Made by a program: the position numbers and the translations under genes. From contig CAZIPI010000013.1 in the NCBI GenBank assembly GCA_964541235.1, positions 2,036 through 66,035 of the forward strand: a stretch of 64,000 bases of DNA, in the 5' to 3' direction. Positions 38,148 through 46,825 of this stretch are shown piece after piece (position 1 is the stretch's first letter; every line of letters starts with the position of its first letter). The DNA comes from an uncultured bacterium (GTDB taxonomy: Bacteria > Fermentibacterota > Fermentibacteria > Fermentibacterales > JCC-6). The notes beneath the pieces were generated by a model that did not search any database, had not been told where the DNA came from, and was given only the letters and a program-made list of their open reading frames with translations.

Positions 38148-39275
38148 ATGAAAACAGCTATTCTCGCGGTGTTGCCGCTCATGCTGCTCATGGCCTGCGG
38201 CGCCCCCGGCCAGCCGGTTGAACCTGAAGCGAGCCGCTCCGGCCCGGAACTCCCTCCTGTTGACCTCTGGCTCGGTATCTCCGACTCGCTTGGCATCGAG
38301 CTGGGCGACAGCAACCTGGTGTTCGGAATGCCCGTGGTGGCGGCCTGGATGCCTGAAGAGCGCATAGCGGTCATGGACATGCAGAAGTTCCGGATCTCCA
38401 TCTTCTCCCCCGAGGGCGAATTCCTTACATCGGTGGGCAGACAGGGAAGCGGCCCCGGCGAGTTCCTTCTTCCTTCGTGGCTCTCGGTGACACCCGCCGG
38501 CGGCCTTGCGGTGTGCGACGCCATGGCGGGCGAGCTGGACTTCTTCGACCCTTCCCTGCAGTACACCGGAGGATTGACCGGGTTCTTCCCGTCCCCCCCT
38601 GTGATAACGGTGTTCCTGGACGACACCTCCTTCGTGGGCATGAAGCCCGAGTTCGAGCAGAACGACCAGGGCATGTTCATGGGGTACGCCGTTGCCCTGT
38701 GGAACACCTCCTCCCCTGAGCCGAAGGTCATCTACCACCGCGAGATGTTCCCCTTCAACCCTTCCGACCTTTCGGGCCTCACCGGGAACATGGTGATCTT
38801 CACCGCCTCCCCTGACGGCGTTGTCTATACCACCGTGTTCTCCACGGAGCAGTACTCGTTCAACGCCTGGAACCCTGACGGCTCTCCGCTGTTCACGGTA
38901 AGCGAGCCCTTCTCGCGGGTCAGCAAGCCACAGGAGGACGTGGAGCAGGAGAGGCTGTTCGTGCGGGACCGCATGCGTCAGGGCGGAGCGCCGGACTTCA
39001 TGGTGGAAAGCTACGAACCGGATCCCTACGAGTACTCCATAGGCTCGCTGGGCATCGCACCCGACGGGAACCTCTGGGTCGGGCTGGGCATCTACAACCA
39101 TCCCGTGTTCAGGGTGTACGACCCTGCCAGCGGCGACTACCTTTTCACTGCGGCCCTGGAAGAGTCCGGCGGGGAGAGTGACCTTACGGTGCAGATGAAC
39201 CAGTGGGGTTTCACGGCAATTGATCAGATGTCGGCGGACTGGCCGCGGGTCTATCTGCTTCAGGCTATGGAGTAA
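38148..39275 (+). CDS. Lipoprotein, 6-bladed beta-propeller (NHL-like) family, paralogue 1
   Basis: Lipobox LLMAC. GRQGSGPGEFLLPSWLSV blade motif. Colinear similarity to the genes at 57878-58978 and 59085-60191. Confidence 0.65.
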   Translation: MKTAILAVLPLMLLMACGAPGQPVEPEASRSGPELPPVDLWLGISDSLGIELGDSNLVFGMPVVAAWMPEERIAVMDMQKFRISIFSPEGEFLTSVGRQGSGPGEFLLPSWLSVTPAGGLAVCDAMAGELDFFDPSLQYTGGLTGFFPSPPVITVFLDDTSFVGMKPEFEQNDQGMFMGYAVALWNTSSPEPKVIYHREMFPFNPSDLSGLTGNMVIFTASPDGVVYTTVFSTEQYSFNAWNPDGSPLFTVSEPFSRVSKPQEDVEQERLFVRDRMRQGGAPDFMVESYEPDPYEYSIGSLGIAPDGNLWVGLGIYNHPVFRVYDPASGDYLFTAALEESGGESDLTVQMNQWGFTAIDQMSADWPRVYLLQAME

Positions 39276-39299
39276 AAGCGATATCGGCGGAGTTCAGGG

Positions 39300-39333
39300 G
39301 GCGCCCGTTCAAATGCGGGCGCCTTTCCCTTCC
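39300..39333 (+). terminator. Rho-independent terminator after paralogue 1
   Basis: GGCGCCCG/CGGGCGCC stem followed by TTTCCCTTCC. Overlaps the 3' end of the convergent cyclase gene. Confidence 0.7.
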
Positions 39334-39917
39334 GTTGAAGCCGCACGCAGGACCTGCCCGGGTTCGGTTCGCCTGGGTCTGACCAGGAAGGCCCGTACCG
39401 GAGAGCCGTCGCCCCCTTCGATCCTCAGGGGAAGACAGACCAGCGTGTAGATCCCCGGTTCGACACCGTCCAGCATCAGGTTCTCCACCAACGGGATACC
39501 GGCGCCCAGCAGGATACGGTGGGCTTCGTCGCTGTCGCCTGTGTCCATGGACATCGAGGAGGTCCCTGCAAGCACCGCCCCCCCGGCAACCAGTTCCGCC
39601 GCTTCGCCGCCGGAGATGCCCCTTGTGAAAAGCACCCCCATGCCGCGGAAGCACTCGGGAACGCCCGGGCAGACCGCCGCCTGGACGAACAGCCGTTCCG
39701 GCGGGACAAGGTCAACGGTGATACCCTCTTCGATCCTGTGCCTGGGAGCGTCCATGTGGGTGCCCGAGTGGGCGCTCATCCTGAGCCGGGAGACGGTCCA
39801 GCCGTCCGCCCTAACCTCGGTCCTGCGAAAGGGGGCGTCGCCAGGCCACGGTTCCGTCCGCTCCGAGAGCGGCCTGGTCACGTCTATGTATTCAGCTTCT
39901 TCCGGAATGAGAGCCAC
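39309..39917 (-). CDS. Cyclase-family protein (kynurenine formamidase-like)
   Basis: WPGDAPF and SAHSGTHMDAPRH (HxGTHxDxPxH). Confidence 0.75.
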   Translation of the reverse strand: MALIPEEAEYIDVTRPLSERTEPWPGDAPFRRTEVRADGWTVSRLRMSAHSGTHMDAPRHRIEEGITVDLVPPERLFVQAAVCPGVPECFRGMGVLFTRGISGGEAAELVAGGAVLAGTSSMSMDTGDSDEAHRILLGAGIPLVENLMLDGVEPGIYTLVCLPLRIEGGDGSPVRAFLVRPRRTEPGQVLRAASTEGKGARI

Positions 39918-40527
39918 AGTCCTCCCTCAAGGGGCACACCCCGCAGCGGGGCCGCACCGGCAGGCACACCCGCTGGCCGAACCTTACGAAAACATGGTTG
40001 AGCCCGATCCATTCCCCCTCGGGATAGAGCTTCATCAGCTCCCGCTCGGTGCACTCAGGGGACCGGGTGGCCACAAGGCCTGTCCTGTTGGCGATCCGGT
40101 GGACATGAACGTCAACGCACACCGCGGGAACCCCGTAGGCCCTTCCAAGAACGAAAGCCGCCGTCTTCCCCCCCACTCCCGGCAGTGCGGTGAGTTCCTC
40201 CCTGCTTCCGGGCACCTGGCCCTGATGCTTTTCGCAGATCATCCGGGCCATTTCGATCAACTGGCGTGCCTTGACCCTGAAGAAACCCGCCGGGCGCAGC
40301 AGCTCCTCAAGTTCATCAACCGGGACCGCGGCCAGCTCCCCGGGGCCGGAGGCCCTGTCCATGACCCTTCGAGTCACGGCAGACGTCACGGAGTCACGGG
40401 TCCGAAGGCTGATGACCGTTCCCACAAGGACCCTGAAGGGCTGGTCGCCGGCGGAAAGCGGCGCGGGAGTGCCGGTCTCTCCCAGGAACGCCTCCATGGC
40501 CCTGAGAAGCCGCACCGGGTCCCTCAC
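39892..40527 (-). CDS. nth: Endonuclease III
   Basis: HhH-GPD LTALPGVGGKTAAFVL..VDVHVHRIANR and Fe-S loop CLPVRPRCGVCPLREDC. GTG 40527 overlaps the rnd stop (GTGA); alternative ATG at 40497. Confidence 0.85.
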   Translation of the reverse strand: MRDPVRLLRAMEAFLGETGTPAPLSAGDQPFRVLVGTVISLRTRDSVTSAVTRRVMDRASGPGELAAVPVDELEELLRPAGFFRVKARQLIEMARMICEKHQGQVPGSREELTALPGVGGKTAAFVLGRAYGVPAVCVDVHVHRIANRTGLVATRSPECTERELMKLYPEGEWIGLNHVFVRFGQRVCLPVRPRCGVCPLREDCGSHSGRS

Positions 40528-41711
40528 CTGAGCCGCACCAGCCTGATCCCCCTGTTCCCGCTCAGCATCAGGCCCAGCCTGCCGTTGAAGAGGTCCACAA
40601 GTTCCGCTCCAAGCGCATCCTTTCTCCAACCGGGGATGCCGGCCCTTCCCTGAAGGTCCTCCAACGACCCCGGGGGATTGTCGAGAAGCATCTCGAAGGT
40701 TTCCCTGGGAAGCAGCACGGTGGGGGATATCTTGAGTTCAGCGGACTTCTTCTTCAGAAAGATCCTGAGAATGTCCTTCCTGGCCGAACGGCCCCAGTCC
40801 TGGTCAGCCGGTTCCACCACAGGGGTGTCGTCCGGAGGGGAGACCCGGCACCGTTGGCTGATGCCCGCTATCTCCTCACCGTACTTCTCGATGAAGCCGC
40901 CGGGAAGACCCCGCAGCAGTGCAAGGTCGTCAACGCCGGCCGGTGACAGTATGGCGATCCGGCATAGCAGGGAATCCTGGGCGATGAACTGCCTGGGCCT
41001 GTTCATGGACCTGGCCAGCTCCTCCCTCCAGTTCACCAGCATCCAGAGCAGGGGGTGGTGCTGGGATTTGACCTTGTCCGCCGAGCGGGTCTTCCTGAAC
41101 TGGTCCTCTGGCGAAACGATGTATGCCACAGGGTCCGACAGGGAGGCGGACTCGTCAAGGAACCACTGCATCCTGCCCTTCTTCTCAAGCTGCGCCCTGA
41201 GCCTCTGGTACATGTCCGGCAGGTAGCGCACATCATCCAGCGCGTACTGGACCTGGTCGGGGGAGAGGGGACGGGCGGACCAGTCGCTCATGGAGTACTG
41301 CTTCGGCGCCTTGGCCCTGCACACGGCCTTGACCAGGTTCGCCAGGCTCATCTGTTCACCGTAGCCCAGGAAGGCGGCGGCTATCTGGGTGTCGAAAACG
41401 TTCCTGATGGTGACGCCGGGGATGGCGTGGAGCAGTACGCCGATATCGTTCCTTGCGGAATGGATGATCTTCACGAGTTCAGGATCCTCAAGAAGCTTCC
41501 CCAGCGGGGAAAGGTCGGGCACGGCAATGGGGTCCACAGCGACCGGGCTCACGCCGGCCGCCGAGATCTGCACAAGGTAAAGGTCGGGCCAGTAGCGCTT
41601 TTCACCGTGGAACTCGGTGTCTATGGCCACGGCCTCCTCGCGGGAGCACTGCCGGACCAGTTCCTCAAGTCCCTGGGCAGTGTCGATGAGGGGGGGTTGT
41701 TCCCGCGTCAT
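40524..41711 (-). CDS. rnd: Ribonuclease D
   Basis: DEDD exonuclease motifs (AVAIDTEF, IIHSARNDI, YALDDVRYL) plus a C-terminal HRDC-like region. ATG 41711 overlaps the upstream stop (ATGA). Confidence 0.85.
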   Translation of the reverse strand: MTREQPPLIDTAQGLEELVRQCSREEAVAIDTEFHGEKRYWPDLYLVQISAAGVSPVAVDPIAVPDLSPLGKLLEDPELVKIIHSARNDIGVLLHAIPGVTIRNVFDTQIAAAFLGYGEQMSLANLVKAVCRAKAPKQYSMSDWSARPLSPDQVQYALDDVRYLPDMYQRLRAQLEKKGRMQWFLDESASLSDPVAYIVSPEDQFRKTRSADKVKSQHHPLLWMLVNWREELARSMNRPRQFIAQDSLLCRIAILSPAGVDDLALLRGLPGGFIEKYGEEIAGISQRCRVSPPDDTPVVEPADQDWGRSARKDILRIFLKKKSAELKISPTVLLPRETFEMLLDNPPGSLEDLQGRAGIPGWRKDALGAELVDLFNGRLGLMLSGNRGIRLVRLR

Positions 41712-42436
41712 GGGTTCACCGGTGTCGAAGCTCGGTGATGGCCGCAGACCACGGAGTCCGATCGAAGCGCGTAGTAGGAGTAGGCGTTGTCGGGGCATCT
41801 CCAGCCGCCCCTCCTGCCCAGTTCGCCGCCCGTGACGTCGTAGATGCTCTCGAGGCTCGAAGGCTGACCGTATCCCCTGCTGACGAATGCTCTAACCACG
41901 CCTGCAGCTTCCTCCCTCAGTGTCCGGCAGGCCTCGGGCGAGAAGCTGAGCCCCGCCCCCAGATGGCCTGATGGGCACTGAACGGCTCCATCCAGCTGAA
42001 CGTAATCGCGGCCGGAAACGGGGCAGGAAACGGAACCGGAAAGGGCCGCCGCCCGGCAGAGCAGCACCGCCTGGCCCAGAAGGCCGTCCAGCAGCTCATC
42101 CCCGCTGACCCTGTACTCCGATCCGTTCCATTCCAGCCATACCGTCCTGCCGGCCCCGGCTGACGCGGTCATCCGGATCCCCCTGCCGTCCAAGCCTTCC
42201 ATGAAGAACCTTCCCGAAGGACAGGGGCCGGCAAGCCCTTCCATGAACTCAGGGGAGACAAGGAGCGCCAGGCTGTCCGTCAGGAGTTCCCAGGCCTGTG
42301 ATTCCCTGCCCTGGGCAAGTGCCTGAAGGTAACTGTTCACCGTTCCTGACTGGGCCGCTCCCGGGCTCCGGGTACGGGCCGCGAGCGCCGTCACGACAAG
42401 CAGGGCCGCCACGATGAGAGGAAGGGTCTTCTTCAT
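41708..42436 (-). CDS. Secreted Cys-rich hypothetical protein
   Basis: Signal peptide MKKTLPLIVAALLVVTALAA. Paired cysteines (CPVSGRD...CPSGH; WRCPDN...VVCGHH). ATGA overlaps on both sides. No recognised domain. Confidence 0.5.
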   Translation of the reverse strand: MKKTLPLIVAALLVVTALAARTRSPGAAQSGTVNSYLQALAQGRESQAWELLTDSLALLVSPEFMEGLAGPCPSGRFFMEGLDGRGIRMTASAGAGRTVWLEWNGSEYRVSGDELLDGLLGQAVLLCRAAALSGSVSCPVSGRDYVQLDGAVQCPSGHLGAGLSFSPEACRTLREEAAGVVRAFVSRGYGQPSSLESIYDVTGGELGRRGGWRCPDNAYSYYALRSDSVVCGHHRASTPVNP

Positions 42437-43380
42437 TCCCGGCCGCCGCCCCCACCGGTGGTCCTGCCCCCGGTACCGACTCCGAAGATGTCGCCCAGGT
42501 CGATGCCGATACCGCTGAGGATTATCCCCCACTCCTTGTCAACGTTCTGTCCCGAGAGCCTGATATAGACATCGGCTGTGAGCTTCATCTGCGGGTTGGT
42601 CAGCATGAACCCGCCCCTGAGGTCGAAATAGCTTCTGCTGCTGCCGGGAACGCTGATGGAGCCGGCTTCGGCTTCGTAGCTGGTCTTCCCCCTGGTAGCG
42701 AACTCCCCGCCTATCCTCACGCTCAGTTCAGGGTTCACGGGCGTCACGATGAACCCGCACCCCCGCAGCTCCAGCCCGGGGGAGGTCTCACTGCTGTCGC
42801 TCCTGGTCCCCGGTATCCTGTCCCAGGCTGTGAAGTAATGCCTCAGGCCTCCGGTGAGCGCAAAATGCGAGCCCGATCCGGGGCTCAGGGGAAGCTCGAA
42901 GCTAGCCGCGATCTCCGCGGCCATGTGGGGGTCGCTCCGTGGAGGGTCGGAACTTTCGAGGTAGCCCTTGAAGGCGGGTCTGAAAGCTCCCCGGATGAGA
43001 TACTGCGGGGAACGGCTCATCCAGCCGTCCAGGCTGATCCATGGGTCGGTTATGCCTGCTCCTGCCTCCCCGGACCCCGAGAGCTGAAGGTACATGGGTA
43101 CGATGAGGCTGATGGTGTGGCTTGAGGTCAGCCCGTACCTTCCGGTCCAGGCTGCCTGAAGGAATCCCTGTGTCTCGCGGTAGTCGTAGAGGCTGTCGAA
43201 CCCCAGGGTGTCCGTCTCCCAGAAGGAGGAGGCCGAAAAGTACCCGATGGCGAAGTCCCCGCTGGACTCCGTTGACCTGAGTACCCTGGTAAGACCGTTG
43301 TAGTAAAGCGGGTCCCAGCCCGAAGCCGCGCCCAGCGCCAGCAGCAAGGACAAGGGAAAAAGCAGCCTGCCGCCTCTCAT
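42433..43380 (-). CDS. Predicted outer-membrane beta-barrel protein with Gly-rich C-terminal tail
   Basis: Signal peptide, alternating strand pattern with aromatic girdles, and C-terminal GVGTGGRTTGGGGGRE. Function unknown. Confidence 0.5.
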   Translation of the reverse strand: MRGGRLLFPLSLLLALGAASGWDPLYYNGLTRVLRSTESSGDFAIGYFSASSFWETDTLGFDSLYDYRETQGFLQAAWTGRYGLTSSHTISLIVPMYLQLSGSGEAGAGITDPWISLDGWMSRSPQYLIRGAFRPAFKGYLESSDPPRSDPHMAAEIAASFELPLSPGSGSHFALTGGLRHYFTAWDRIPGTRSDSSETSPGLELRGCGFIVTPVNPELSVRIGGEFATRGKTSYEAEAGSISVPGSSRSYFDLRGGFMLTNPQMKLTADVYIRLSGQNVDKEWGIILSGIGIDLGDIFGVGTGGRTTGGGGGRE

Positions 43381-43389
43381 GATCCCTCC

Positions 43390-43677
43390 CTACAAGAAAA
43401 CGATCCTGAACGATCCCGAGTCGCTCTCACAGGGGATGAAGCCGGTTTCCACCCTGCTCACCAGAGACCTGGAGGGTCCCCTGGAGACCGATCCGATGAA
43501 TTCTTCCACAGCGCGCCTGCTTCCCTGGGCTTCGATACCCACGGACCCGTCAGGCATGTTCCATACCTTTCCCGCAATGCCGAGGGATTCCGCAAGCGTC
43601 TTCGTCCACCAGCGGAAACCTACTCCCTGGACTGTGCCCCATACGGTGATGGCCGCACGGACAGCGTTCTCCTCCAC
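43390..43677 (-). CDS. acyP: Acylphosphatase
   Basis: VWGTVQGVGFRWWT and G.V.N..DGSV motifs; 95 aa. Confidence 0.85.
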   Translation of the reverse strand: MEENAVRAAITVWGTVQGVGFRWWTKTLAESLGIAGKVWNMPDGSVGIEAQGSRRAVEEFIGSVSRGPSRSLVSRVETGFIPCESDSGSFRIVFL

Positions 43678-43798
43678 CTTCGGAAACCCCTTCCATAAGC
43701 ACCCCGGATGCGGGGGTCAAGCTCATTGACTTGCATCACCGTTACCAAGCATGTTTGCTTGACAATAATTGCATTTGCGGTCTGAAAGGAGACCTGTT

Positions 43799-45787
43799 TT
43801 GAAAAAGCTGTTCTTTGCGCTACTTCTCATCGTTCCAGCGGTCTCGATCGCCGTTCCGGGCAGTTGGGGTGTCAGGGGAATCAACAGGGTCAACAGCGCC
43901 ATCCCAATGGGCTTCAACCAGATATGCTTCAACATGATGGCCAGCTACTGGACCGCCGAGAACACATATCTCAACTTCCTTTACCGCCACCACGACACGG
44001 GTCAGGACTACCTTTTCCCTGAGCTGACCGACACCGAGCACCTCTTCCGCGGGCTCTTCTCACTTGGTTACGGCGCCTGGGACTACATTGATGTGGGTTT
44101 CCGGCTCACCTACTACTCCAGCATGTACCAGCGCGGCATGTACGAAGAGCGTTCCACCGGCCAGTGGGAACAGGTGAACGCGCTGGGCAACTACGGCGCC
44201 ATGGTGAAGGGCGGCTACAACCCCCTGCAGGACGAGCTCTCCGACGTTCTGTGGGCAGGGGCTGCGGCCTGGGTGGAAATGTCACCTTCGGACAGTAATT
44301 ACATGGAGTGCATGGACGATCAGGACGGACGCTGGTTCCCCGGTCAGATCATGAGCCAGCTCCGTTTCCCCTACGCCTCCAACGGAGGCGCATTCGGGTT
44401 CGACCTGATAGCCACCGGCGATTTCGAGTACTGGGTCCCCATGGTGCCCATCCGGGCCCACCTCAACATGGGCTACGCCAGCTACAACCAGAAGTTCGAC
44501 TTCGTTGACTTCAGGCCCGTTCACTCCGACGACGGCTGGGAGTTCACCGACTCCACCAATGTGAACCTCACCGTGAAGGACAACGTGCTCTCCTACGGTT
44601 TCGGGCTGGAGATACCCACGCCCTCGGCTGACGTGATTTTCGAGTACAAGGGCTACTCCTTCCTTGACCGGTCCGGCGAGTCCCTCTCGTACCTCTCCCC
44701 GGGCATCAGGTTCAAGACATCATCGGGAATGTTCCTCGACATCACCTACGACATGGTGGGAGGCAGCTTCGACCCCCTCTACCACGATCTTGGCCACGGC
44801 CTCTACCAGGACACGGTCCAGGTCACCGAGAACGACCGCGCAGCCAGGGCGCCCCTTCCAATACCGGGGGCCTACGACTGGGGAATCAGCCTGAACCTGG
44901 GCTTCTCCGGCGACCTGGTCCAGACCGCTGACCAGGGCCCCAGGCTCGGAACCCTGAACGGCACAGTGACGGACTCACTTACCGGCCTTCCCGTTTTCGC
45001 CACCATCACCTTCCCGGGCGTGCCTGTCTCCAACGTGACAAGCGACGCCCAGACAGGTTTCTTCGTGGTCCACGTTCCCGCGGGCGAGCTTCCGGTCACC
45101 GTGGTCGCCCCGGGTTACCGCCATGCTTCCACGGTTCTCAACATGCAGCGCGGCGCCACCCAGAGCGTTGACTTCCGCCTTTCGCCCAACCTCGGCGCCG
45201 TTTCCGGCGCGGTGCGCGACGGGCAGGGCCGCGGGGTGGCCGGGGCGACGGTGAACATCGGCAGCACCAGCCCGGTGACGGTCACCACAAACACCGCGGG
45301 AGTGTACTCCGCCAGCGTCGAGGCGGGCACCTGGCCTGTCACCGTCCAGGCCAGCGGGTTCCTCTCCGACAACCAGAACGTGACCCTGGCGCCCAACGCC
45401 ACCACAACCCTGAACTTCACCCTCCGCGACGCGCTTCAGGAGGGGCAGGTGATGAGCTTCGACAACATCTACTTCGATTCCGGCAGCGCCAACATCAAGC
45501 CCGAGAGCTACCCGGTGATCGACAGCGTGGCCATCCTGCTCCGCGACAACCCCTCCGCCAGGATCCAGATAGCGGGCCACACCGACAGCGACGGCTCCAC
45601 CGCCTCCAACCAGACCCTCAGCGAGAGAAGGGCCCAGTCGGTGCACCAGTACCTTGTGAGCAAGGGCATAGCCGGCAACCGCATGACCACCATCGGCTAC
45701 GGCGAGGACCGCCCCGTGGTCCCCAACACCTCCGCCGCCAACAAGGCCCGCAACCGCCGCATCGAGTTCACCGTGCTCAGCATCTAG
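43799..45787 (+). CDS. OmpA-family outer-membrane protein (N-terminal barrel-like region, CarboxypepD_reg-like repeats, C-terminal OmpA domain)
   Basis: TTG 43799 lies 6 nt after AGGAGA; signal KKLFFALLLIVPAVSIA. Ig-like repeats (GTLNGTVTDSLTGLPV..; GAVSGAVRDGQGRGVAGATV..). OmpA_C motif FDSGSANIKPES...IAGHTDSDGS...NQTLSERRA...NRRIEF. Confidence 0.85.
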   Translation: MKKLFFALLLIVPAVSIAVPGSWGVRGINRVNSAIPMGFNQICFNMMASYWTAENTYLNFLYRHHDTGQDYLFPELTDTEHLFRGLFSLGYGAWDYIDVGFRLTYYSSMYQRGMYEERSTGQWEQVNALGNYGAMVKGGYNPLQDELSDVLWAGAAAWVEMSPSDSNYMECMDDQDGRWFPGQIMSQLRFPYASNGGAFGFDLIATGDFEYWVPMVPIRAHLNMGYASYNQKFDFVDFRPVHSDDGWEFTDSTNVNLTVKDNVLSYGFGLEIPTPSADVIFEYKGYSFLDRSGESLSYLSPGIRFKTSSGMFLDITYDMVGGSFDPLYHDLGHGLYQDTVQVTENDRAARAPLPIPGAYDWGISLNLGFSGDLVQTADQGPRLGTLNGTVTDSLTGLPVFATITFPGVPVSNVTSDAQTGFFVVHVPAGELPVTVVAPGYRHASTVLNMQRGATQSVDFRLSPNLGAVSGAVRDGQGRGVAGATVNIGSTSPVTVTTNTAGVYSASVEAGTWPVTVQASGFLSDNQNVTLAPNATTTLNFTLRDALQEGQVMSFDNIYFDSGSANIKPESYPVIDSVAILLRDNPSARIQIAGHTDSDGSTASNQTLSERRAQSVHQYLVSKGIAGNRMTTIGYGEDRPVVPNTSAANKARNRRIEFTVLSI

Positions 45788-45845
45788 GGGACGGACTTAG
45801 ATAGATTAGTTTATCGCGGTAAATAGTTGAGAGCCAACCTTGTAC
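45787..45845 (+). repeat. Conserved non-coding element, copy A (core 45787-45814)
   Basis: GGGGACGGACTTAGATAGATTAGTTTAT starts on the last base of the OmpA-family stop codon. It matches 27/28 to the reverse complement of 54872-54899, and 45/59 ungapped over the extended region. Confidence 0.85.
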
Positions 45846-45855
45846 GGTTGGCTCT
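45830..45855. terminator. Bidirectional terminator hairpin between the OmpA-family and thioredoxin-like genes
   Basis: 10-bp stem AGAGCCAACC/GGTTGGCTCT with loop TTGTAC. Short T-runs on both sides. Confidence 0.6.
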
Positions 45856-45882
45856 TTCCAAATCTCGATCAGAGGATAACCC

Positions 45883-46329
45883 TCAGTCGGTACCCAGGCT
45901 CCGAAGCACTTCCAGAAACTCCTGCGGGTTCCCTGTTATCCCGACGACCCGGTCAACCTCGTTTCCCGAAGCATCGGTGAGAACAAGAGTGGGAATGCTG
46001 CTCACCCCGAACTGCTGGGCGAGCTCCTGCATGTTGTCAACGTTCACCTTCAGGGGGACCACTCCCGAGAGGAACGACTGATACTCGGGCATGGGGAAAT
46101 ACTCATCGGACAGGGTGCGGCACGGAGGACACCAGTCCGCATAGAAATCTATGAAGACCATCTTCCCCTCCCGGGCGGCAATGTCCCTGGCTGCATCGAA
46201 GTCATCGTGGATCCACTGGACTTCGCTGACCTCTTCAGCAACTTCCGCAGTCTCTTGAGGCACCTGCTCCTGCTGGCCGCAGGACAGCACCAGGACAAGC
46301 ACTGACAGCAGGATCGAGGGGTTACTCAT
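45883..46329 (-). CDS. Thioredoxin-fold lipoprotein (TlpA/thiol-disulfide oxidoreductase-like)
   Basis: ATG 46329. Lipobox VLSCGQ. FIDFYADWCPPCR active site. Confidence 0.8.
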   Translation of the reverse strand: MSNPSILLSVLVLVLSCGQQEQVPQETAEVAEEVSEVQWIHDDFDAARDIAAREGKMVFIDFYADWCPPCRTLSDEYFPMPEYQSFLSGVVPLKVNVDNMQELAQQFGVSSIPTLVLTDASGNEVDRVVGITGNPQEFLEVLRSLGTD

Positions 46330-46396
46330 GTGGGCTCCTTTCGTTAGGTTTATGGAACATAACCACGTTGCCTTGTCTTGTGCCAGAAGGAGGGCA

Positions 46397-46822
46397 ATGA
46401 GACCAAAGACCCCCGAAGTCACAGTGGACGCCATCATCGAATCCCCGAATGGTGAGATCGTGCTTGTCGAACGGAAGTACACTCCGCTTGGATGGGCTCT
46501 GCCCGGAGGTTTCGTTGATCCCGGAGAAAGCCTTCTCGAGGCGGTGAAGAGGGAAGCTCTCGAGGAAACCGGCCTGAAGGTGCTCGTAAGGTCCCTGTTC
46601 CATGTGTACTCGAGACCCTGGAGGGACCCGAGGGGCGACACCATTAGCGTTGTCTATCACTGCACCGCCCATGGCGATCCCGCTGGAGGGGATGACGCCG
46701 CAAAGGCGCAGTACTTCTCCCCCTCAGGGCTGCCGGGGATCATCGCCTTCGACCACCGGGAGATCATAGGGGACTTCCTCAGGTGGAAAACCCTCGGGGA
46801 AAAGCCGTCACTTGAAGCCTGA
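46397..46822 (+). CDS. NUDIX hydrolase
   Basis: Nudix box GGFVDPGESLLEAVKREALEETGL. ATG 46397 after GAAGGAGGG. Confidence 0.85.
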   Translation: MRPKTPEVTVDAIIESPNGEIVLVERKYTPLGWALPGGFVDPGESLLEAVKREALEETGLKVLVRSLFHVYSRPWRDPRGDTISVVYHCTAHGDPAGGDDAAKAQYFSPSGLPGIIAFDHREIIGDFLRWKTLGEKPSLEA

Positions 46823-46825
46823 ACC

